This document shows, piece after piece, positions 6,914 through 12,853 of a DNA stretch of 12,853 nucleotides (position 1 is its first letter; each line of letters opens with the position of its first letter). The position numbers were made by a program, and so were the translations under genes. The notes beneath the pieces were generated by a model that did not search any database, was not told the DNA's origin, and worked only from the letters and a program-made list of their open reading frames with translations. The DNA comes from a virus (Duplodnaviria > Heunggongvirae > Uroviricota > Caudoviricetes), in IMG/VR virus record IMGVR_UViG_2778261303_000004; one strand, 5' to 3'.

Positions 6914-8408
6914 TCTTTCACACATTATTGCCGCAGCATTCAATGAACCGCTGCTTCTGGAGCCCGCCTATGCGCGGGTTTTCTTTTGCGCGCTCGGGCG
7001 CGAGATGGGGGCAGCAAGTCTTTCGGTACCACAACAACAGGTACAGCTTGATGCTCCCGGAATGCTGGCTGAAACGGACGAGTATATGGCCGGAGGTAAA
7101 CGACCGGCCCGTGTTTACCGGGTGGTGAACGGTATTGCTGTACTGCCGGTGACCGGCACGCTGGTGCACCGTCTGGGTGGTATGCGGCCATTTTCCGGAA
7201 TGACAGGCTATGACGGCATTGTCGCCTGTCTTCAGCAGGCAATGGCGGATAGCCAGGTGCGGGGCGTACTGCTGGACATTGACAGTCCTGGCGGGCAGGC
7301 CGCCGGCGCGTTTGACTGCGCTGACATGATTTACCGCCTCCGTCAGCAGAAGCCGGTCTGGGCACTGTGCAATGACACGGCCTGTTCTGCAGCCATGCTG
7401 CTGGCGTCGGCCTGCTCCCGACGGCTGGTTACCCAGACATCCCGTATCGGCTCCATTGGCGTGATGATGAGCCATGTCAGCTATGCCGGTCATCTGGCGC
7501 AGGCCGGTGTGGATATCACGCTGATTTACTCAGGGGCGCACAAGGTGGATGGCAATCAGTTTGAAGCGTTGCCGGCAGAGGTTCGCCAGGACATGCAGCA
7601 GCGGATTGATGCGGCGCGCCGGATGTTTGCCGAAAAAGTGGCGATGTATACCGGTCTGTCTGTTGATGCCGTCACGGGAACAGAGGCTGCCGTTTTTGAA
7701 GGTCAGTCCGGCATTGAGGCCGGGCTGGCGGATGAATTAATCAATGCGTCGGATGCCATCAGTGTGATGGCCACGGCGCTGAACAGTAATGTCAGAGGAG
7801 GCACTATGCCGCAATTAACTGCAACGGAAGCCGCCGCGCAGGAGAACCAGCGAGTGATGGGGATCCTGACATGCCAGGAAGCGAAAGGACGTGAACAGCT
7901 TGCCACGATGCTGGCAGGACAACAGGGTATGAGCGTTGAACAGGCCCGGGCGATTCTGGCCGCGGCGGCACCGCAGCAGCAGGTGGCATCCACGCAGAGT
8001 GAAGCCGATCGCATTATGGTGTGTGAAGAAGCGAACGGTCGTGAACAACTGGCGGCAACGCTGGCGGCGATGCCGGAGATGACGGTGGAAAAAGCCCGCC
8101 CGATCCTGGCTGCTTCACCGCAGGTGGATGCCGGACCATCACTCCGTGATCAGATCATGGCACTGGATGAGGCAAAAGGGGCTGAGGCGCAGGCTGAACA
8201 GCTGGCTGCCTGCCCGGGAATGACTGTGGAGAGCGCCCGGGCTGTGCTGGCGGCGGGATCAGGTAAGGCAGAACCGGTCTCTGCATCCACAACCGCCATG
8301 TTTGAACATTTCATGGCGAATCATTCACCGGCAGCGGTACAGGGTGGCGTGCCACAGACGTCAGCAGACGGTGATGCGGACGTGAAAATGCTCATGGCCA
8401 TGCCATGA
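6903..8408 (+). CDS. C: Head maturation protease / scaffold gpC (S49 ClpP-like peptidase family), 501 aa, with triplicated C-terminal repeat
   Basis: FNEPLLLEPAYARVFFCAL, GIAVLPVTGTLV, LLDIDSPGGQAAGAFDCAD, SIGVMMSHV match lambda gpC; GTG start inside the 3' end of B. About 60 aa longer than lambda gpC (439 aa from memory) because of extra C-terminal repeat units. Confidence 0.93.
   Translation: MRRNLSHIIAAAFNEPLLLEPAYARVFFCALGREMGAASLSVPQQQVQLDAPGMLAETDEYMAGGKRPARVYRVVNGIAVLPVTGTLVHRLGGMRPFSGMTGYDGIVACLQQAMADSQVRGVLLDIDSPGGQAAGAFDCADMIYRLRQQKPVWALCNDTACSAAMLLASACSRRLVTQTSRIGSIGVMMSHVSYAGHLAQAGVDITLIYSGAHKVDGNQFEALPAEVRQDMQQRIDAARRMFAEKVAMYTGLSVDAVTGTEAAVFEGQSGIEAGLADELINASDAISVMATALNSNVRGGTMPQLTATEAAAQENQRVMGILTCQEAKGREQLATMLAGQQGMSVEQARAILAAAAPQQQVASTQSEADRIMVCEEANGREQLAATLAAMPEMTVEKARPILAASPQVDAGPSLRDQIMALDEAKGAEAQAEQLAACPGMTVESARAVLAAGSGKAEPVSASTTAMFEHFMANHSPAAVQGGVPQTSADGDADVKMLMAMP
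7806..8408 (+). CDS. Nu3: Nested in-frame scaffolding protein (Nu3-like), 200 aa
   Basis: In-frame ATG at 7806 inside C, preceded by AGAGGAG with 5-nt spacing; equivalent to lambda Nu3, which is the in-frame C-terminal part of C (established for lambda). Confidence 0.7.
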   Translation: MPQLTATEAAAQENQRVMGILTCQEAKGREQLATMLAGQQGMSVEQARAILAAAAPQQQVASTQSEADRIMVCEEANGREQLAATLAAMPEMTVEKARPILAASPQVDAGPSLRDQIMALDEAKGAEAQAEQLAACPGMTVESARAVLAAGSGKAEPVSASTTAMFEHFMANHSPAAVQGGVPQTSADGDADVKMLMAMP

Positions 8409-8444
8409 AGTCAGTGCTGACCATCAACAGGAGGTTTTTACAAT

Positions 8445-8792
8445 ATGGTGACGAAAACCATCACTGAACAGCGTGCGGAAGTACGTATTTTTGCCGGTAA
8501 TGATCCGGCTCATACCGCCACAGGCAGCAGCGGGATTTCCTCGCCAACACCGGCACTGACGCCCCTGATGCTGGATGAAGCCACCGGGAAACTGGTGGTC
8601 TGGGACGGACAGAAAGCCGGTAGTGCGGTTGGCATACTGGTACTGCCGCTTGAAGGCACAGAGACGGCGCTGATGTATTACAAGTCGGGAACCTTTGCGA
8701 CGGAGGCAATCCACTGGCCTGAAAGTGTGGATGAACACAAAAAGGCCAACGCCTTTGCCGGCAGTGCCCTGAGTCACGCGGCGCTGCCGTAA
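8445..8792 (+). CDS. D: Head decoration protein gpD, 115 aa
   Basis: DPAHTAT, TPLMLD, KLVVWDG, AVGILV, YKSGTF, FAGSA match lambda gpD; AGGAGG at 8429-8434 upstream of ATG. Confidence 0.95.
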   Translation: MVTKTITEQRAEVRIFAGNDPAHTATGSSGISSPTPALTPLMLDEATGKLVVWDGQKAGSAVGILVLPLEGTETALMYYKSGTFATEAIHWPESVDEHKKANAFAGSALSHAALP

Positions 8793-8800
8793 CACGTTAT

Positions 8801-8820
8801 CAGGCCACCGCGGTGGCCTG
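8801..8820. promoter_or_regulatory. 20-bp perfect palindrome CAGGCCACCG/CGGTGGCCTG in the D-E intergenic region (RNA hairpin candidate)
   Basis: Perfect inverted repeat read directly, 9 nt after the D stop and 30 nt before the E start; no following T-tract, so more likely a processing/stability or translational element than a terminator. Confidence 0.4.
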
Positions 8821-8849
8821 ACTGATTTCTGAATGAAAGGAACTGATTT

Positions 8850-9878
8850 ATGGGATTGTTTACGACCCGCCAGTTACTCGGTTATACCGAACAAAAAGTT
8901 AAATTTCGTGCGCTGTTTCTGGAGCTGTTTTTCCGCCGTACGGTGAATTTCCATACCGAAGAGGTGATGCTGGACAAAATTACCGGAAAAACGCCGGTGG
9001 CGGCCTATGTCTCCCCGGTTGTTGAAGGAAAAGTGCTGCGTCATCGTGGTGGTGAAACCCGCGTGTTGCGTCCGGGCTACGTCAAGCCGAAACACGAATT
9101 TAATTACCAGCAGGCGGTTGAGCGCCTTCCTGGTGAAGATCCATCTCAACTGAATGATCCGGCTTACCGCCGTCTGCGTATCATTACCGATAACCTCAAA
9201 CAGGAAGAGCACGCGATTGTCCAGGTGGAAGAAATGCAGGCGGTAAATGCAGTGTTGTATGGTAAATACACCATGGAAGGAGACCAGTTCGAGAAAATTG
9301 AGGTCGATTTTGGCAGGTCGACGAAGAATAACATCACTCAGGGTAGTGGTAAGGAGTGGTCAAAACAGGATCGTGACACGTTCGATCCTACACATGATAT
9401 TGACCTCTACTGCGACCAGGCCAGCGGTCTTGTGAATATTGCCATTATGGACGGTACCGTCTGGCGTCTTCTGAATGGTTTTAAGCTGTTCCGCGAAAAA
9501 CTGGATACCCGTCGCGGTTCAAATTCTCAACTCGAAACGGCAGTGAAAGATCTGGGCGCAGTGGTGTCCTTCAAGGGGTATTACGGCGATCTGGCCATTG
9601 TGGTGGCGAAAACGTCTTATATAGCAGAAGACGGTATCGAAAAACGTTATCTTCCAGATGGCATGCTGGTTCTGGGGAATACTGCTGCAGATGGGATCCG
9701 TTGTTACGGTGCCATTCAGGATGCTCAGGCGTTGTCCGAAGGTGTGGTGGCCTCTTCCCGTTATCCGAAACACTGGCTGACGGTAGGGGATCCCGCCCGT
9801 GAATTTACCATGACGCAGTCCGCGCCGCTGATGGTGTTGCCGGACCCGGATGAGTTTGTGGTGGTACAGGTGAAATAA
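8850..9878 (+). CDS. E: Major capsid protein gpE, 342 aa
   Basis: Collinear with remembered lambda gpE (PGYVKPKH, EEMQAV, KYTM, LDTRRGSNS, ETAVKDLG, DPAREFTM, QSAPLM, DPDEF). Confidence 0.97.
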   Translation: MGLFTTRQLLGYTEQKVKFRALFLELFFRRTVNFHTEEVMLDKITGKTPVAAYVSPVVEGKVLRHRGGETRVLRPGYVKPKHEFNYQQAVERLPGEDPSQLNDPAYRRLRIITDNLKQEEHAIVQVEEMQAVNAVLYGKYTMEGDQFEKIEVDFGRSTKNNITQGSGKEWSKQDRDTFDPTHDIDLYCDQASGLVNIAIMDGTVWRLLNGFKLFREKLDTRRGSNSQLETAVKDLGAVVSFKGYYGDLAIVVAKTSYIAEDGIEKRYLPDGMLVLGNTAADGIRCYGAIQDAQALSEGVVASSRYPKHWLTVGDPAREFTMTQSAPLMVLPDPDEFVVVQVK

Positions 9879-9886
9879 TCCGTGAG

Positions 9887-9916
9887 CGGGGGCGAAATGC
9901 CCCCGTGTCTTTTTTC
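9887..9916 (+). terminator. Rho-independent terminator/attenuator downstream of E
   Basis: 7-bp GC stem CGGGGGC / GCCCCCG (9887-9893 / 9899-9905) with 5-nt loop GAAAT, followed by GTGTCTTTTTTC; starts 9 nt after the E stop. Confidence 0.65.
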
Positions 9917-9929
9917 ACAGGGGGCTGAT

Positions 9930-10304
9930 ATGGCAACGAAAGAGCAAAATCTGAAACGGCTTGATGAACTGGCCCTGATTCTGGGGCGTGAGCCGGATAT
10001 ATCCGGGAGTGCCGCAGAGATAGCGCAGCGGGTGGCAGAATGGGAAGAGGAAATGCAGTCATCCGGCGATGATGTACAGGTTATGAATATGGATATCCGG
10101 GAGCGGGAAACCGCGGCTCATGATGTTCGTGAGGAAACATCCGGCGCGTTAACGCGCATCAGAGTTCTGACCTGCCTCCATCTCTGTGGCGTTGATGGTG
10201 AAACGGGGGAATCCGTTGAGCTTGCGGATGTTGGTCGGGTGATTCTGATTATGTCCTCAGATGCAAAAACACACGTTGATGGTGGAATGGCTGTTTATGC
10301 GTGA
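9930..10304 (+). CDS. FI: DNA-packaging / head assembly protein gpFI-like, 124 aa
   Basis: Position between E and FII; acidic protein with loose similarity to lambda FI (LALRVAE vs IAQRVAE); ATG at 9930 preceded by AGGGGG. The ORF track's GTG at 9882 lies inside the terminator hairpin and is unlikely. Confidence 0.75.
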   Translation: MATKEQNLKRLDELALILGREPDISGSAAEIAQRVAEWEEEMQSSGDDVQVMNMDIRERETAAHDVREETSGALTRIRVLTCLHLCGVDGETGESVELADVGRVILIMSSDAKTHVDGGMAVYA

Positions 10305-10650
10305 TTTTCAGAATGCCTTTGATGCCGCCCTTGCCGGGGTGGACAGTACGATTGTTGAAGTGATGGGCATCAGTGCGCAGTTCACCTCCGGTGCACAGCG
10401 TGGCGGCGAGGTTCATGGCGTTTTTGACGATCCGGAGTCGCTGGGTTTTGCCAGTAGTGGGATCCGTATTGAAGGAAGTAACCCGTCATTATTTGTGCTT
10501 ACGGATACGGTTTGTGCTGTACGGCGTGGTGACACGCTGACCATTAACGGCGAGATGTTCTGGGTGGACCGTGTTTCTCCGGATGACGGAGGGAGTTGTT
10601 ATCTCTGGCTCAACCGGGGGCAACCACCTGCCGCCAGCCGTCGTCGCTGA
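10297..10650 (+). CDS. FII: Head-tail connector protein gpFII, 117 aa
   Basis: MRDFQNAFDAA...GVFDDPE...SNPSLFV...RRGDTLTI...FWVDRVSPDDGGSCYLWL matches lambda FII; start chosen at ATG 10297 (8-nt overlap with FI), not the upstream ORF-track start. Confidence 0.93.
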   Translation: MRDFQNAFDAALAGVDSTIVEVMGISAQFTSGAQRGGEVHGVFDDPESLGFASSGIRIEGSNPSLFVLTDTVCAVRRGDTLTINGEMFWVDRVSPDDGGSCYLWLNRGQPPAASRRR

Positions 10651-10661
10651 AAGGGGGATGT

Positions 10662-11240
10662 ATGGCCATACAGGGTCTTGAGCAGGCCGTTGAAAACCTC
10701 AGCCGTATCAGCAGAACGGCGGTGCCCGGTGCCGCCGCAATGGCCATTAACCGCGTTGCTTCATCCGCGATATCGCAGTCGGCGTCACAGGTTGCCCGTG
10801 AGACAAAGGTACGCCGGAAACTGGTAAAGGAAAGGGCCAGGCTGAAAAGGGCCACGGTCAAAAATCCGCAGGCCAGAATCAAAATTAACCGGGGGGATTT
10901 GCCCGCAATAAAGCTGGGTAACGCGCGGGTTGTCCTGTCCCGACGCAGGCGTCGTAAAAAGGGGCAGCGTTCAGCCCTGAAAGGTGGCGGCAGCGTGCTT
11001 GTGGTGGGTAACCGTCGTATTCCCGGCGCGTTTATTCAGCAACTGAAAAATGGCCGCTGGCATGTCATGCAGCGTGTGGCCGGGAAAAACCGTTACCCCA
11101 TTGATGTGGTGAAAATCCCGATGGCGGTGCCGCTTACCACGGCGTTTAAACAGAATATTGAACGGATACGGCGTGAACGTCTTCCGAAAGAGCTGGGCTA
11201 TGCGCTGCAGCATCAACTGAGAATGGTAATAAAGCGATGA
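10662..11240 (+). CDS. Z: Tail completion protein gpZ, 192 aa
   Basis: From MAIQGLEQAVENLSRISRTAVPGAAAMAINRV onward essentially collinear with remembered lambda gpZ; ATG 10662 preceded by AAGGGGGA. Confidence 0.93.
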   Translation: MAIQGLEQAVENLSRISRTAVPGAAAMAINRVASSAISQSASQVARETKVRRKLVKERARLKRATVKNPQARIKINRGDLPAIKLGNARVVLSRRRRRKKGQRSALKGGGSVLVVGNRRIPGAFIQQLKNGRWHVMQRVAGKNRYPIDVVKIPMAVPLTTAFKQNIERIRRERLPKELGYALQHQLRMVIKR

Positions 11241-11632
11241 AACATACTGAACTCCGTGCAGCCGTACTGGATGCACTGGAGAAGCATGACACCGGGGCGA
11301 CGTTTTTTGATGGTCGCCCAGCTGTTTTTGATGAGGCGGATTTTCCGGCAGTTGCCGTTTATCTCACCGGCGCTGAATACACGGGCGAAGAGCTGGACAG
11401 CGATACCTGGCAGGCGGAGCTGCATATCGAAGTTTTCCTGCCTGCTCAGGTGCCGGATTCAGAGCTGGATGCGTGGATGGAGTCCCGGATTTATCCGGTG
11501 ATGAGCGATATCCCTGCACTGTCAGATTTGATCACCAGTATGGTGGCCAGCGGCTATGACTACCGGCGCGACGATGATGCGGGCCTGTGGAGTTCAGCCG
11601 ATCTGACTTATGTCATTACCTATGAAATGTGA
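11237..11632 (+). CDS. U: Tail terminator protein gpU, 131 aa
   Basis: [33 protein letters not shown]... matches lambda gpU; ATGA overlap with Z stop. Confidence 0.95.
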
Positions 11633-11639
11633 GGACGCT

Positions 11640-12380
11640 ATGCCTGTACCAAATCCTACAATGCCGGTGAAAGGTGCCGGGACCACCCTGTGGGTTTATA
11701 AGGGGAGCGGTGACCCTTATGCGAATCCGCTTTCAGACGTTGACTGGTCGCGTCTGGCAAAAGTTAAAGACCTGACGCCCGGCGAACTGACCGCTGAGTC
11801 CTATGACGACAGCTATCTCGATGATGAAGATGCAGACTGGACTGCGACCGGGCAGGGGCAGAAATCTGCCGGAGATACCAGCTTCACGCTGGCGTGGATG
11901 CCCGGAGAGCAGGGGCAGCAGGCGCTGCTGGCGTGGTTTAATGAAGGCGATACCCGTGCCTATAAAATCCGCTTCCCGAACGGCACGGTCGATGTGTTCC
12001 GTGGCTGGGTCAGCAGTATCGGTAAGGCGGTGACGGCGAAGGAAGTGATCACCCGCACGGTGAAAGTCACCAATGTGGGACGTCCGTCGATGGCAGAAGA
12101 TCGCAGCACGGTAACAGCGGCAACCGGCATGACCGTGACGCCTGCCAGCACCTCGGTGGTGAAAGGGCAGAGCACCACGCTGACCGTGGCCTTCCAGCCG
12201 GAGGGCGTAACCGACAAGAGCTTTCGTGCGGTGTCTGCGGATAAAACAAAAGCCACCGTGTCGGTCAGTGGTATGACCATCACCGTGAACGGCGTTGCTG
12301 CAGGCAAGGTCAACATTCCGGTTGTATCCGGTAATGGTGAGTTTGCTGCGGTTGCAGAAATTACCGTCACCGCCAGTTAA
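11640..12380 (+). CDS. V: Major tail tube protein gpV, 246 aa, with C-terminal Ig-like (Big_2-type) domain
   Basis: [31 protein letters not shown]... matches lambda gpV; C-terminal [31 protein letters not shown]... is the Ig-like domain. ATG 11640 preceded by GAGGA. Confidence 0.95.
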
Positions 12381-12395
12381 TCCGGAGAGTCAGCG

Positions 12396-12818
12396 ATGTT
12401 CCTGAAAACCGAATCATTTGAACATAACGGTGTGACCGTCACGCTTTCTGAACTGTCAGCCCTGCAGCGCATTGAGCATCTCGCCCTGATGAAACGGCAG
12501 GCAGAACAGGCGGAGTCAGACAGCAACCGGAAGTTTACTGTGGAAGACGCCATCAGAACCGGCGCGTTTCTGGTGGCGATGTCCCTGTGGCATAACCATC
12601 CGCAGAAGACGCAGATGCCGTCCATGAATGAAGCCGTTAAACAGATTGAGCAGGAAGTGCTTACCACCTGGCCCACGGAGGCAATTTCTCATGCTGAAAA
12701 CGTTGTGTACCGGCTGTCTGGTATGTATGAGTTTGTGGTGAATAATGCCCCTGAACAGACAGAGGACGCCGGGCCCGCAGAGCCTGTTTCTGCGGGAAAG
12801 TGTTCGACGGTGAGCTGA
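12396..12818 (+). CDS. G: Tail assembly chaperone gpG, 140 aa
   Basis: MFLKTESFEHNGVTVTLSELSALQRIEHLALMKRQAEQ... matches lambda gpG; slippery heptamer near the 3' end. Confidence 0.95.
   Translation: MFLKTESFEHNGVTVTLSELSALQRIEHLALMKRQAEQAESDSNRKFTVEDAIRTGAFLVAMSLWHNHPQKTQMPSMNEAVKQIEQEVLTTWPTEAISHAENVVYRLSGMYEFVVNNAPEQTEDAGPAEPVSAGKCSTVS
12794..12800 (+). promoter_or_regulatory. Programmed -1 ribosomal frameshift slippery heptamer G GGA AAG (G to G-T fusion)
   Basis: GGGAAAG with GGA and AAG as zero-frame G codons; the -1 frame downstream reads VFDGELSFALKLAREMGR, matching the start of lambda gpT. Confidence 0.85.
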
Positions 12819-12853
12819 GTTTTGCCCTGAAACTGGCGCGTGAGATGGGGCGA
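12800..12853 (+). CDS. T: Tail assembly protein gpT segment of the G-T frameshift product (partial, truncated by window end)
   Basis: -1 frame after the slippery site encodes VFDGELSFALKLAREMGR, open to the end of the window. Confidence 0.8.
   Translation, partial: MFDGELSFALKLAREMGR

Noticed and set aside
6918-7493. 191-aa and 141-aa minus-strand ORFs inside gpC
   Set aside because: Antisense shadow ORFs in GC-rich protease/scaffold coding sequence; gpC homology accounts for the region.
7855-8285. Possible nucleotide-level tandem repeat or CRISPR-like array in the gpC 3' region
   Set aside because: The repetition is at the protein level in one reading frame; the units are diverged in nucleotide sequence and have no spacer/repeat regularity. 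It is a domain repeat, not a CRISPR or satellite array.
9882-9929. Upstream GTG start (9882) for FI and upstream starts for FII (10261) and Z (10596) from the ORF track
   Set aside because: These extensions overlap the preceding gene or the terminator hairpin and lack RBS; internal ATGs at 9930, 10297 and 10662 have purine-rich RBSs and align with the lambda protein N-termini.
11803-12370. 76-aa plus-frame and 136-aa minus-strand ORFs within gpV
   Set aside because: Alternative-frame and antisense ORFs inside the major tail protein gene, which matches lambda gpV throughout; translations are low-complexity.

Overview
This window is the late region of an intact-looking lambdoid prophage (Enterobacteriaceae, lambda/phage 21 mosaic), read left to right on the + strand. 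It runs: lysis cassette (phage 21-type pinholin S, SAR endolysin R, Rz with embedded Rz1), a cos site (cosN GGGCGGCGACCT plus cosB-like repeats), then lambda-type head genes Nu1, A, W, B, C with nested Nu3, D, E, FI, FII and tail genes Z, U, V, G, ending at the G-T -1 frameshift site with the first 18 codons of T. All structural ORFs are intact and show typical translational-coupling overlaps. Two things are not part of the canonical lambda/21 layout and are the main candidates for something new: (1) a ~540 bp AT-rich insert between holin and endolysin carrying a 105-aa ORF on the opposite strand, and (2) a 79-aa ribbon-helix-helix-like ORF on the minus strand between Rz and cos, with a Fur-box-like palindrome next to cos. 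Homology assignments come from reading the supplied translations against remembered lambda, phage 21 and DLP12 proteins; no database search was run. The long minus-strand ORFs inside the GC-rich head genes are judged to be antisense artefacts.
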